This document shows positions 16,777 through 27,700 of a stretch of DNA of 64,000 bases, in pieces. The notes beneath the pieces are model-generated. The model saw only the letters and a list, made by a program, of their open reading frames with translations, ran no database searches and had not been told where the DNA came from. Positions within the stretch are counted from its first letter, which is position 1. Every line of letters starts with the position of its first letter. The DNA is from an uncultured Anaerolineaceae bacterium (GTDB lineage: Bacteria; Chloroflexota; Anaerolineae; Anaerolineales; UBA4823), in contig CAZWFQ010000003.1 in assembly GCA_964633225.1 (NCBI GenBank), forward strand, positions 26,064-90,063, read 5' to 3'. Both the position numbers and the translations under genes were made by a program.

Positions 16777-18495
16777 CTAACAGTTCTGTAATCGCGCCTG
16801 CTCTTTATGCAGGATGCGCCGCAGCACCGCCACCGATGCGGCATACGTAGAATCCATACCATAATACGATAGGCTGCCCGCCCCAAGGTTGCGTCCCTTG
16901 CTCAAGGGTGTATCTGAGACATAGTGGATGATCCCCAGGTCAAAGGGCAGGGCGTACAGGTTGACGATCTCGTTGACAGGATGACGCACCGGACGGTACA
17001 TCTCGTACACCGCTGAGAGATACGGACCAGCCTCCATCTCGATATCGGTGTAGCCTTCGCGATAAAACACATCCATATAATTCATATTTTGCAAAAAGGT
17101 GCCGCGCACCGTCACAGCTTTCTGGTTATCCAGAACCGTGCCGTATAACAAATAGGGGGCCACATTGGCAGCCGTGAAGCAATTGGAAAACAGGTATGAA
17201 TTTTGCGAATGCTCATCGTGCACGACATTGGGGATGACGATATCGCCCACGGCGCCGTTCAACGATGCGGCCTTACCCATCACGTACACTCCCAGCACCC
17301 GGCCCACCTGCTCAGCAACCTCGGTAAGAATGTTGTAAGCCGAAAGGCCCAGCGGGTAATCAATGTTCAAGATCAGGGCATCGCTTTTGGCAAGGCTGTC
17401 CAGGTCTTCAGCAGACAGGCGCGGATCCAGGTTCTCAGGCCGCAGGCGGCTGACTTCGATCACCTGGGCGTCCAGGTCAAAGCTGTGCTCGCTGGATACC
17501 CGGCGGACCCCGCCTTCCTTCTCAGCCCGGCGCTGTTCCTCCACCCAGGGCTTCCCATCTTCATTGGCCTGGAATTTCTTCAGCACATAATAGAGGAAAT
17601 TTTGCTTGCTGGCAACTGATTGCTGGTTCTGAACGGTGTGCCACTCTTTCAGCAGCTCTTCATTGCCGGGTTTTTCCAAGAAATCCACCAGCGCATCACG
17701 CTGGCGAATGGCGTGGCCTGTCAGCAGGTTGACCAGGCTGTGGGTATTGCTGGAGACAAAATAAACCGGACGCCGCAGCAAGTCGGGGGCGGCGCGTTCG
17801 ATCTGCTCCCACCACATGGCGGTTGCCCGGCGGTAAGAACTCAACGAGCCGCTCAACAGGCGTACACGCAGCCGGCGCGGGGCGGCTGCCATGCGTTCCA
17901 ACACAGACACAAAGTCCCGGCCCCAGATCGTGCGCAGCCGGCCCAGGTCGTCCAGCGAAATTTGCAGCGCATCAGCCAGTTCTTTCTGAGCACCAATGCG
18001 CTGTTCAAGGTCAACAAAGCGAGAATTCAAACGGTTCGGCGCAAAACGCTGCAAGAGGGTGTGGATCTTATTCCACTCGATCTGGTAAGCTGTTAACGCC
18101 GGGATAATATCGTCAATATCACTGCGGCTGGCGATGAAACAAGCCAGCGTGTCTTGACCATTATAAAAAGAACGGCGGCGGCGGGCCGGAGCAGAGACCT
18201 GTTCCCAGCTTTCAATAGCAGAGAATCCGTGCATCCCAAAAACCTCAGTGCTCTGGCCCAGCACCACCAACTGCACCTGGTGAATGCAGGGCGGTAGGCG
18301 CAGCGTACTATAGATCAGTGCCGCCATATCGGGGGTATGCTCGCGCGCCGCCGGATGCAGCAGCGACTTCATCCCCGCATGCGCTTCTTCTAATGTGCGA
18401 ATCTGCACATCAGCAGTGGAGCGCAGCAAAGAATAGCAAGTGCGCAGGTAAAGCTCAACCTCTTCTGAGGCCGTGCTGGGAACGGTTCTTTCCAT
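16777..18495 (-). CDS. large protein with C-terminal nucleoside phosphorylase/AMP-nucleosidase-like (PNP_UDP_1-type) fold and an uncharacterised N-terminal half of about 350 aa
   Basis: The C-terminal segment LILNIDYPLGLSAYNILTEVAEQVGRVLGVYVMGKAASLNGAVGDIVIPNVVHDEH resembles the phosphorylase-fold core. I do not recognise the N-terminal half. Confidence 0.55.
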   Translation of the reverse strand: MERTVPSTASEEVELYLRTCYSLLRSTADVQIRTLEEAHAGMKSLLHPAAREHTPDMAALIYSTLRLPPCIHQVQLVVLGQSTEVFGMHGFSAIESWEQVSAPARRRRSFYNGQDTLACFIASRSDIDDIIPALTAYQIEWNKIHTLLQRFAPNRLNSRFVDLEQRIGAQKELADALQISLDDLGRLRTIWGRDFVSVLERMAAAPRRLRVRLLSGSLSSYRRATAMWWEQIERAAPDLLRRPVYFVSSNTHSLVNLLTGHAIRQRDALVDFLEKPGNEELLKEWHTVQNQQSVASKQNFLYYVLKKFQANEDGKPWVEEQRRAEKEGGVRRVSSEHSFDLDAQVIEVSRLRPENLDPRLSAEDLDSLAKSDALILNIDYPLGLSAYNILTEVAEQVGRVLGVYVMGKAASLNGAVGDIVIPNVVHDEHSQNSYLFSNCFTAANVAPYLLYGTVLDNQKAVTVRGTFLQNMNYMDVFYREGYTDIEMEAGPYLSAVYEMYRPVRHPVNEIVNLYALPFDLGIIHYVSDTPLSKGRNLGAGSLSYYGMDSTYAASVAVLRRILHKEQARLQNC

Positions 18496-18503
18496 GTAAA
18501 CTT

Positions 18504-18923
18504 TTACCGTTGCGTGGGCCGGCGCTTCTTGATTGGAGGAGCGTCAAAACGCCCATAGCGGCGCGCCCCGCCCATGCGGTACATAACGGCATAGATAATC
18601 GATATCAAGCCAAAACCGACGAACAAAAACGCAATCGAGAAGAGGATTTGTCCAGTGGTGAAGCGGCTCAAGAAGCCGTTCACCTGGGCAATGTAGGTAT
18701 TCACAAACAAGATCTCTGTATCATCCGAATAGGCTAACGCCATTGGTTGGTACATGTTGGCAGGCAAAGGGACCAGGCGAGAATTCATGAACACATCTGC
18801 CCCAACCCAGGCCATAATAGGAACCAAGATGATCAAAAAACAGCCAATTCCACGCCACACTGGATGAATTGACCAGGGACGCTCACGTTGACCTTTATCC
18901 ATTCTTCCAGGACCAAAACCCAT
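18504..18923 (-). CDS. hypothetical two-TM membrane protein
   Basis: 139 aa. GGAGGTG RBS. Two hydrophobic helices and a basic C-terminal tail. Confidence 0.65.
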   Translation of the reverse strand: MGFGPGRMDKGQRERPWSIHPVWRGIGCFLIILVPIMAWVGADVFMNSRLVPLPANMYQPMALAYSDDTEILFVNTYIAQVNGFLSRFTTGQILFSIAFLFVGFGLISIIYAVMYRMGGARRYGRFDAPPIKKRRPTQR

Positions 18924-18980
18924 CTCACACCTCCTGTGGCGGGCTTTTACCCACCCTGTTCAAGATTAATGATGGCGCCT

Positions 18981-20393
18981 TTATTCGCCTGCTTGTGCTG
19001 CTTTCTCAATTGCTGAAACGATCGAATAATATCCCGTGCAGCGGCACAAGTTGCCGCTGATGGCCCACTTGATCTGCTCGGTGGAAGGATGTGGGTGCTC
19101 CTCCAACAGCTTAGCCGCCGACATAACAAAGCCCGGCGTGCAGTAACCGCACTGCACCGCTCCCGCATCAATGAAGGACTGCTGCACCGGGTGAAGCTGC
19201 TGGCCCTGGGCCAGGCCCTCGATCGTCACGATCTCTGCCCCATGGGCGCGCGGCGCAGGCACCAGGCAGCTCATCACCGCCATGCCATCCATAAAAACGG
19301 TACAGGCCCCGCACTCACCCTCCGAGCAGCCTTCTTTGGTGCCAATCAAGCCAGCCTCTTCGCGCAGCAGGTGCAGCAGGGTTTTGTGCTGGCCCGTAGT
19401 GAAACGGTAGGGCTGGCCGTTGATGATCGTTTCGATGGCCGTTTGCGGGCTGTCGTTGTGCATCAGGCTGGCAGTGAGCCCCAAGCCATGGCTGCCCGCA
19501 GACAGCAACACCGGATCTGATGGGAAATCGGGTTGGCATTGGCCCGTGATGGCCTGCAAACAGCGCTGTACACAGACGCGCACCATATCCAGACGGTAAT
19601 CCTTCGAGCTACGCACATCGTCTATCGGCCGCGCCGAGGCCTTGGCCAGCCTGGCAGCTTCCGCCAGGGTTTCTTCGTCTGGCCTGCGCCCCACCAGGTA
19701 AGCTTCGGCTTCTTGAGCATGCACAATCTTAGGGGTCACAGCCCCCAGGGTGATGGAAGCATGCGTAATGCGCTCGCCATCGAACGTCAGAACCGCGGCC
19801 GCATTGACCAACGAGATGGCCTGCGCCCGCCGCAGTCCGAGCTTATAGAAATTGCCACGCTGGTTGGGTTGCAAGGCCGGGAAGATGATCTCTACCAGCA
19901 TCTCATCTGGTTCCATCACCGTTCGCCGCACACCCATGTAAAAGGCATCCAACGCCACGCGCCGCTCGCCGCGCACAGAGCGCAGCACCACCTGGGCACC
20001 AAGAGCCATCAAGGGAGAGATGGTATCGTTGGCAGGCGAGGCCGTGATCAGGTTTCCAGCCACCGTACCGCGGTTACGGATCTGCGGCGCACCGACCTGC
20101 CAGGCAGCCATAGCCAGTGGAAAGGCGCGCTCAACGATCAATTGGGAGGCTACGCATTGGTTGTGGCTCACCATGGCCCCCAGGTGGATCATGCCTTCAT
20201 CATCCAGTTTGATTTGATCCAGCCCTGGGATGCGGCTGACATCCACCAACACATCGATCCCTTTCCGTAAACCGCGCTCCAACTCAAGCACCAGGTCAGT
20301 TCCACCGGCCACAATGCGGGCATGCGCCCCTTTTTCCGCCAGGATCTGTACCGCTTCTTCAATACCGATTACATTATGATATTCATGCCACAT
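18981..20393 (-). CDS. XDH-family electron-transfer protein: FAD-binding (CoxM-like) domain fused to a C-terminal [2Fe-2S]x2 (CoxS-like) domain
   Basis: N-terminal VAGGTDLVLELERG FAD motif. C-terminal GCSEGECGACTV, QCGYCTPGF and CRCTGY iron-sulfur motifs. Confidence 0.9.
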   Translation of the reverse strand: MWHEYHNVIGIEEAVQILAEKGAHARIVAGGTDLVLELERGLRKGIDVLVDVSRIPGLDQIKLDDEGMIHLGAMVSHNQCVASQLIVERAFPLAMAAWQVGAPQIRNRGTVAGNLITASPANDTISPLMALGAQVVLRSVRGERRVALDAFYMGVRRTVMEPDEMLVEIIFPALQPNQRGNFYKLGLRRAQAISLVNAAAVLTFDGERITHASITLGAVTPKIVHAQEAEAYLVGRRPDEETLAEAARLAKASARPIDDVRSSKDYRLDMVRVCVQRCLQAITGQCQPDFPSDPVLLSAGSHGLGLTASLMHNDSPQTAIETIINGQPYRFTTGQHKTLLHLLREEAGLIGTKEGCSEGECGACTVFMDGMAVMSCLVPAPRAHGAEIVTIEGLAQGQQLHPVQQSFIDAGAVQCGYCTPGFVMSAAKLLEEHPHPSTEQIKWAISGNLCRCTGYYSIVSAIEKAAQAGE

Positions 20394-21198
20394 CTTTATT
20401 CTCCATTTGTGCCGTCATGGTCTGGCCGCTGCCGCCTTTTTGCAGCATGATGATTTCAGCCATGATACTGACAGCGATCTCCTCAGGGGTCTCAGCATTC
20501 AGTTCCAGGCCAATCGGAGAACGCACGCGCCCCAATTGATCCTCGCTGACACCCTTTTCCAATAATTGCTTGCGGGTCATGCCCCAGCGGCGGCGTGAGC
20601 CGATCAGGCCAATGTAGGCAGCCGGGGTCTCCAATAGGGCCGGCAAGCCAGCCACATCCACATCCACGCCGCGGGTGGTCAACACCAGGTAGGTCCAGGG
20701 GGTGATCTTCAAATGGGCCGGCAGATCAGCCATCGGCACGGGGTAAAAAGCATTCCCATCGGGGATGGCCTCGGAGGTACACAGCTCTACCCGATCGTCG
20801 CTGACGGCAACGGAAAAGCCCAACCAATGCGCCAGGTGCGCCACGGCCTTGCCAACATGCCCTGCGCCAAGAACTACCAGGGTTGGTTTAGGTTGCAGTG
20901 GTTCCACATACACCTCCACCTGCCCACCGCAGATGCCCGGATCGCCGCGCTGCGGGTCGGCCATATTATATTCCAACAGGCGCGGCTGGCCATCCAGCAT
21001 GGCCTGGAGCGCCTCTGCGATGACACGATTCTCGATCTCACCACCGCCCACTGAACCCACCAGGCTGCCATCAGGCAGAACCAGCATTTTGCTGGTGGTG
21101 TGGCGAGGTGTGGAGCCGCGGCTGCGCACAATGGTACACAAAGCGGCGGCTTCATTGCGTTCTTCCAGATCAGCAATTACCCGGTAAATTGACTGCAT
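20383..21198 (-). CDS. xdhC: XdhC/CoxI-family molybdenum hydroxylase maturation chaperone
   Basis: XdhC_CoxI N-domain (LCTIVRSRGSTPR) plus Rossmann part VVLGAGHVGKAVAHLAHWLGFSVAVSDDR. The ATG at 21198 lies 1 nt after the stop of the upstream gene. The ORF-track 5' extension to 21279 would overlap that gene. Confidence 0.88.
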   Translation of the reverse strand: MQSIYRVIADLEERNEAAALCTIVRSRGSTPRHTTSKMLVLPDGSLVGSVGGGEIENRVIAEALQAMLDGQPRLLEYNMADPQRGDPGICGGQVEVYVEPLQPKPTLVVLGAGHVGKAVAHLAHWLGFSVAVSDDRVELCTSEAIPDGNAFYPVPMADLPAHLKITPWTYLVLTTRGVDVDVAGLPALLETPAAYIGLIGSRRRWGMTRKQLLEKGVSEDQLGRVRSPIGLELNAETPEEIAVSIMAEIIMLQKGGSGQTMTAQMENKDVA

Positions 21199-21199
21199 A

Positions 21200-22546
21200 T
21201 CAATGCTCCAATAATCCCAACACCACCGGCAAGAGTTGCTTTTTACGGCTGACCACGCCTGGCGCGCTAAAGGTACCATCCGGCAAGCGGGGATAAGGCA
21301 GGTCGGCCAGCATCGGCGGCGCGTTGACGGTCAACAAACGGCTGGCATTATCGACCACATCCGTCACCATCAGCATGGCAAAGTCAAGGCCACTCTGCTG
21401 GCGCAGTTCGGTCAGCGCGCCAGAAAGGGGTTCCAAATGCTCATCCATCTGCATCAGGTCGGTCACCTCGGCCTGGGCAATGGCAAAGTGCAAACCACCG
21501 GCTTCATAGATCTTTAAATCAGAGCTGACGATCTCGCGCGAGTCACGCGTGGCTAACCCCGCTCCAGCCTGTATGACCTGTTTGCCATAATCCTGAATGG
21601 TCTCACCTGCCAGGGGACTGTTGCGAACGAAAGCCCAACGCCCCAGGCGTTCGGCTGCCCGCCGGTCGCGGTCGGTGGTGGTGGGCGAGGTGAGGATCAA
21701 CGTATCAGATAGCAAACCAGACAAAAGCATGCCAGCCAGGGCTGGTGGGGCGCTCAAGCCTGCATCCTCGATGCGCTCAGAGACCAGGGTGCTGGTGCTG
21801 CCCACGATATCCACCGTAAAGCGGATCGGCACATGGGTGGAATTATTCCCCAGACGGTGGTGATCCAGGATCTCGACCAGCTCAGCTTCTTCAATTGCAC
21901 CCAAGGCCTGACCCGGTTCGTTATGATCGACCATCACGATGCGCAAGCGCGGCGGGTTCAACACATCCCGCTGGTTGGCCACGCCCACATAAAGGCCTTT
22001 CTCGTCTACCACCAAGAAGTCATTATGTTCTTCGCGCAAGATGCGATTGATGACATCGCGGATGCGCAAGCCAGCCGGGAAGCGCGGCGCTTCTGTATCG
22101 CAGGCTTCGCGGCAGGGCGTATCTAAAATCTCTGCCAGGCGCATTTCTTGCCGCCGCAAGTGAGGGCCAACCAACTTACCCAGGTAATTGAACAGGCTAA
22201 GACCAGTGACCAACCCCAAAGGCACACCGTCATCGCTCACGATGGGGGCAACGCCCCCCGTGCGGCTGGCAATTCCCCAGCCTTCGCGCAGTGGGCTCTC
22301 GGGCGTGGCGGTATCCAGGCGGCGGGTGACCGCATCAAAACGCGGCGAGGCATCGGTCAACAGCAGAGGGGCGTCCAATCCCAGGCGTCTTAGAATCCAG
22401 GTAGTTTGAAGATTGGTAGCCCCGGCGCGTGCTGCGATGGCATCTGTACCGTCTCGCTCTCGCAGCAGCCAGGCATAGCCCATGGCGGCAGCCACAGAAT
22501 CGGTATCGGGGTTCACATGCCCAATCACATAGGTCTGGTCAGTCAT
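21200..22546 (-). CDS. DHH-CBS-DHHA2 phosphoesterase (CBS-regulated family II inorganic pyrophosphatase-like)
   Basis: GHVNPDTDS, MVDHNE and ILDHHRLG DHH motifs. A CBS-pair insert of about 120 aa and a C-terminal DHHA2-like region. Confidence 0.8.
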   Translation of the reverse strand: MTDQTYVIGHVNPDTDSVAAAMGYAWLLRERDGTDAIAARAGATNLQTTWILRRLGLDAPLLLTDASPRFDAVTRRLDTATPESPLREGWGIASRTGGVAPIVSDDGVPLGLVTGLSLFNYLGKLVGPHLRRQEMRLAEILDTPCREACDTEAPRFPAGLRIRDVINRILREEHNDFLVVDEKGLYVGVANQRDVLNPPRLRIVMVDHNEPGQALGAIEEAELVEILDHHRLGNNSTHVPIRFTVDIVGSTSTLVSERIEDAGLSAPPALAGMLLSGLLSDTLILTSPTTTDRDRRAAERLGRWAFVRNSPLAGETIQDYGKQVIQAGAGLATRDSREIVSSDLKIYEAGGLHFAIAQAEVTDLMQMDEHLEPLSGALTELRQQSGLDFAMLMVTDVVDNASRLLTVNAPPMLADLPYPRLPDGTFSAPGVVSRKKQLLPVVLGLLEH

Positions 22547-22569
22547 AGATGGCGTTTCTATCCTCTAAC

Positions 22570-24666
22570 TCAAGCCTTTTTATTCGCAGCCTGCTCACGC
22601 AGTTGTTCGACGCGGTTTAGCAGCACCTGCGCCTCACTATGTGCACCGCGCTGCTTGAACAGGTCACTAGCTTGCAAGCAAGCTGCAACCGCTTCGTTGA
22701 TAGAGCCTGCGGCCTCAAACTGATCAGCCGCCATGATCAGAAAATCGGGGTCTGCGTGCTTCATCATCCAATGACCAACTGCCAGATGGTACTGCAGGCG
22801 GTAAGCGGTCGGGATCAACTCATATGCCAGGTCGCGCAGGACATCGTGCTTGAAAATGTATTCCTGCTCGCTAGAGTATTCACTGTTGGCGCGCGGGAAA
22901 GCCAGTTCTGCTTTGACCAATAAACGCAGCCCTTCTTGTACCGACTGTTCAGCCAGCACCGAGGGCACCGTCAGGTGCAGGTCGGTATGCTTCCCCACAA
23001 AAGCACGCACGGCCGATTCAATACCGCCTACCCAAAATACACGCCCCGAGACTGCCGCCAACATCGCCGCAGCTCTTGCCAGGCGCGGCAGATCAGCCAG
23101 GCGGGTCTTGAGCAAAGCAGGCAACGATTCAGGTGGCTGCGTGCGCAGTTGAGACAGCTTCTCATACATCAATTCCTCGCCGCCTTGTTCACTGCTCTTC
23201 AAGAGCAGGCGCACGATCTCTTCCAAGAAGTATGGGTTGCCTGCCGCATACCGCACCAGCGGGGCCAAAACATGATCCGGCAGAGAAGCCAGGTTCGGAT
23301 AAGCATTCATCACCGTTTCGGCATTGGCTGGCAGCGGGTCCAACCGGATCACCCGCCCCAGGTCAGACAACTTGCAGGTTTGTGTTTGGCAGGGATGATC
23401 CAAAAATTCAGGCGCTACACCTGCCACAATCAACAAAGGCAGGCGGCTATCTGAAGAATTATTCAACAAAGACAGGACCAATTCCAGGCTGTCTGGATCT
23501 GACCATTGAAGATCATCCAACACCAGCGTGGTAGGGCGCGAGCTCGCAATCCGCTTCATCAACTCACGCGTCAACTCAAAAGCCCGCTCCAACCGGCCCT
23601 GTGGATTTTGGGCAAAGGAGGCCAAGTAGGGGCTGCCCTGCCAGGCAAGGCCCACCAGGCTGCCTACCAGGTGCGCCGCCTCCAAGAGCGGCACCGGGCC
23701 CAACGTCCGCCCCCAGGCGCGCTGGAATTCACGCAAAAACTTCTCATTGGTTACCGCCGGGCTTTCATCAGGCCGCAAGCCAAAACGGTTGTACCAGACC
23801 AATTTCCACATGTGAAAGGGCACCCGGGCCGTTTGAGCCAGGGCGCGTGCCGATAACAAGTAGAAAGAGTTGTTATTGCTCTCCAAGAGGCCAGAAAACT
23901 CCATCAGCAAGCGTGATTTTCCAATCCCTGGCTCACCGCTCACCAGGATCAAAGCCGGCTTGCCCGAGCGCACCACCTCCTGGTATTGTTCGTTCAGTTG
24001 GCTCAACACCTCAGACCGGCTGGTCATGCGGGTCGGCAGGTTATCCAGGGTGCCGTAACGTGCCCGGCCTGAAGTAGCTTGCGTATCAATGACCTCATAA
24101 GGCTCGACCGGCTTTGGGAAACCCTTCAATTGGATCTGCGGAAGTTTGCGCACCTGGAAGGCTCCACGTACAGCCTGGTTGGTGGCATCTCCGATCAAGA
24201 TCGTCTCTGCCTCAGCCGCGTCTGCCAGGCGAAAGGCCAGGTTGACCACTTCGCCCATGACCGTGTATTCTTTCTGCGAGCCAACATAACCGGCATAAAC
24301 TTGTCCGGTGTACATTCCAATACGTAGTTGAAGCGCCAGCCCTTGTTTCTCGGCAAATTTGACATACCCAGCAACAGTTTTTTGGATCTCCAGGGCCGCT
24401 CTCACAGCGCGCTCAGCGTCATTTTCGCCCAGGGCCGGCACACCCCACACCGCCATCAGCATGTCACTCATGTGCTTGCAGATGTACCCGCCATGCCGCG
24501 CAACCACTGCTTCCAACCGGGGCCAGGCTTCACGTACCACCTCTCGCAAGGTGTCCAATTCCACCCGCTCGACCAAAGCATTCAAACCCTGGACGGACAC
24601 AAACATCACCGTCACCAGGCGACGCTCTTCAGGATAACGATCAGATTCTTGAGCAGAAGTCATCAA
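22570..24666 (-). CDS. class III nucleotidyl cyclase homology domain plus AAA/STAND ATPase plus TPR-like C-terminal region
   Basis: N-terminal CHD (residues about 15-190). Walker A SGEPGIGKSRL. Long helical-repeat C-terminus. No HTH seen. Confidence 0.85.
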   Translation of the reverse strand: MMTSAQESDRYPEERRLVTVMFVSVQGLNALVERVELDTLREVVREAWPRLEAVVARHGGYICKHMSDMLMAVWGVPALGENDAERAVRAALEIQKTVAGYVKFAEKQGLALQLRIGMYTGQVYAGYVGSQKEYTVMGEVVNLAFRLADAAEAETILIGDATNQAVRGAFQVRKLPQIQLKGFPKPVEPYEVIDTQATSGRARYGTLDNLPTRMTSRSEVLSQLNEQYQEVVRSGKPALILVSGEPGIGKSRLLMEFSGLLESNNNSFYLLSARALAQTARVPFHMWKLVWYNRFGLRPDESPAVTNEKFLREFQRAWGRTLGPVPLLEAAHLVGSLVGLAWQGSPYLASFAQNPQGRLERAFELTRELMKRIASSRPTTLVLDDLQWSDPDSLELVLSLLNNSSDSRLPLLIVAGVAPEFLDHPCQTQTCKLSDLGRVIRLDPLPANAETVMNAYPNLASLPDHVLAPLVRYAAGNPYFLEEIVRLLLKSSEQGGEELMYEKLSQLRTQPPESLPALLKTRLADLPRLARAAAMLAAVSGRVFWVGGIESAVRAFVGKHTDLHLTVPSVLAEQSVQEGLRLLVKAELAFPRANSEYSSEQEYIFKHDVLRDLAYELIPTAYRLQYHLAVGHWMMKHADPDFLIMAADQFEAAGSINEAVAACLQASDLFKQRGAHSEAQVLLNRVEQLREQAANKKA

Positions 24667-24702
24667 TTCTTACAATCCCTCGTTGTGAGCTGGATAAACC
24701 AG

Positions 24703-27700
24703 TTAGGATGTAGCCGTACCCGCAGGCCGCATGAACGCCCGCCACACCTTTTCGGGCGTAACTGGGTTCTCATTGATCTGCACACCGCGGCCGTCGGGTG
24801 CATATAGGCTGGCGTCTAACACTGCATTGCCAACTGCCGGAGCCACCCCATCCATCGGAATCTCTGCCACAGCCTTCACACCAAATGGGTGCGATGGCTC
24901 GTAGGTCTCCACAAAAATCGTCTCCAGCTCTGGCATTTCATGGGCCAGGAAAATATGATAATCGCGCAGATCACGCTCGCGCGGTTGGCCCTTCTCATCA
25001 TACACCATTTCTTCACAAACTGCATAGCCCAGAGCCTGGGTCATCCCGCCCTCAATCTGGCCAGAGGCCGTCAGCGGGTTGACGATGACGCCCGAATCGA
25101 CTGCCATCACCAGCTTGTCCACCTTCACCTGGCCCGTCTCAATATCCAGGGTTACCTCGGCAAATTGGGCAGCAAAGGGCGGCGGCGATACCGGCGACAT
25201 ATAAGAGGCCACCGCCATGATCTGTTCCTGGTTCTCATGGTGCAGGGCATTGTGAGCCACTTCTGCCAGGGTCACAAATTCACCGTTGGGCGCAGACGCC
25301 CGCCCATCTGACAAGGATATCATCGCAGCAGACAGTGCTTGTGCGCCCGATGCTTTCAGACGCTCGTTGAGCATATTTGCGGCCCGCTGGCGGATCTGCT
25401 CAGCCGCCTTCTCGGCAGCACGTGTCACTGCGCCGCCAGAGATGTACGTGGTGCTTGATGCGTAAGCGCCTTTATCAAAGGGAGTGAAATCGGTATCTGA
25501 AGAGTATACAACCACATCTTCCACCCGCACGCCCAGCACCTCTGCTGCCATCTGCGCCAGAACGGTATCCGAACCGGTCCCCAGGTCGGTGGCTCCAATG
25601 AGCAAATTGAAAGAGCCATCATCATTCATTTTGATGCTGGCAGCCCCCATATCCAGGTATGGAATAGCCGTGCCCTGCATCACCATCGCCACGCCCACCC
25701 CTTTACGCAGGTGAGGCTTGCCTGGCACATCATGCCAGGCCGCCTGGCCATATTTTTGATCCCAGCCAATGGCAGCCTTGCCCTGGCGCACACATTCTTC
25801 CAACCCGCAAGTCTGGATAGTCTCAGGGCGTGGTTCACGCCCCTCGCTCCAGGCTGTGCTGAAGGGATGCAGCTCACCAGCGCGCAAGGCATTCTTAAGC
25901 CGGAACTCCAATGGATCGAAACCCATGGCGCGGGCAATCTTCTCCATATGGCGCTCCAGCGGCCAATAACCCTGCGGAACGCCATAACCCCGGTAAGCAC
26001 CGGCTGGCGGATGGTTGGTGTACACCACGTCGGCATAGAAACGGATGTTGGGGTTCTCGCGGTACGGGCCATCTCCCACATATAAAGCCATGGCCTTGTG
26101 CCCTGTGTTGCCGGTCACCGTCAGCGCGTGGCAGCCATAAGCACCCGTATCGCTCAAGGCTTCCATAGAATTAGCTGTAATAGTTCCATCCAGCTTAACG
26201 CCGGTCTTCATGCGCACGCGCATGGGGTGGCGTGAGCGCGCAGCAATGAACTCTTCTTCACGGCTGTATTCATAAATCACGGGGCGGCCCGTGGCAATCG
26301 TCAGGTGAGCAGCTACATCCTCAATCAAGATCTCTTGCTTGCCGCCAAAGCCGCCGCCAATGCGCGGCTTGATCACCCGGATGCGCTTGACCGGCAGCTT
26401 CAACACTGGCGCCAGCACCCGCCGGATGTGGAAAGGCACCTGGGTGCTGGTACGGATCACCAGGCGGTCATCCTCGTCCCAATAGGTCACCGTTACGTGC
26501 GGCTCGATATGGGCTTGCTGCACTTTGGGCACCTCGTACTCAGCCTCAAAAATACGGTCAGCATCAGCAAAGCCTTTTTCCACATCACCAATATCAATGC
26601 GGATCTCCGCCGCCAGGTTTCGGGCGGGGTCTGAGTCGGCAAAATTGACAAATTCGGGTTCGTCGTGCAAGCGCGGCGCAGCAGGCTGCATGGCCTGGGC
26701 TGGGTCGAGCAAAGTGGGTAACAGCTCGTATTCTACATCGATCAACTTTAAGGCTTGCTCAGCGATTTCTTCTGTCTCAGCCGCCACAAAGGCCACCCGA
26801 TCACCCACAAAACGCACCTTATGATCCAATGAGAAAGCATCCAACGGGCCGGGGATGGGATCTGACTGCCCGGCGGTGGAGTAGATCACACGCGGGATGT
26901 CTTGCCAGGTCAATACTGCCGCCACCCCCGGCAGGGCACGCGCCCGGCTGGCATCAATGCGCCGGATGTTGGCATGTGCATGCGGGCTGTGCAGTACCTT
27001 GGCGTATAACATACCGCGTAGTTCCATGTCAGCGGCAAAAGCAGGCTTACCTTGCGCCAGCTTGACGGCATCCACCTTAATTTCTGATTTACCTACCCGT
27101 TGGAGGGCTACCGGCTGCGGTGTAACCACTACCCTAGACCTGGGACGCGCCTGCACGGCAGGTGAAGCCGGATCAGCCGGGCGGTCAGGCTCTTCGATCA
27201 CATCGCCAGGCCCTTGGGCAGAGCCCCAGAAACCCGTGCCACTGACCGGAATCCCGCCTTCAGAAGTCAGGCTCGCGGAGAACTTCCCCCCCAGCACCGC
27301 CGCCGCGTGCAGCACTGCCTGGACCGGTTTCACATAGCCGGTGCAGCGGCACAATACACCTGAGAGCGCCTGGCGTACTTCCTCTTCAGATGGATCAGGG
27401 TTACGATCTAGCAACGCCTTGGCCGCCAGCAGTTGCGCCGGGGTACAGTAGCCGCATTGGATGGCGCCGCTCTCGATAAAAGCCTGCTGTAGCACATGCA
27501 GGCCATCGGTAATCTTCCAGCCCTGCTGGGGGTGCTCTCCCAATGACTCAATGGTCTGGATCAAATGACCTTCAGCTTGCGCTGCCAACAGCAAGCACGA
27601 ATTAACCGGCTTGCCATCCAGCAGCACCGCACAAGCGCCGCATTCACCATGGTCGCAACCGTGCTTTGCGCCGTAATAACCCAGGCCGCGCAAGACCTTC

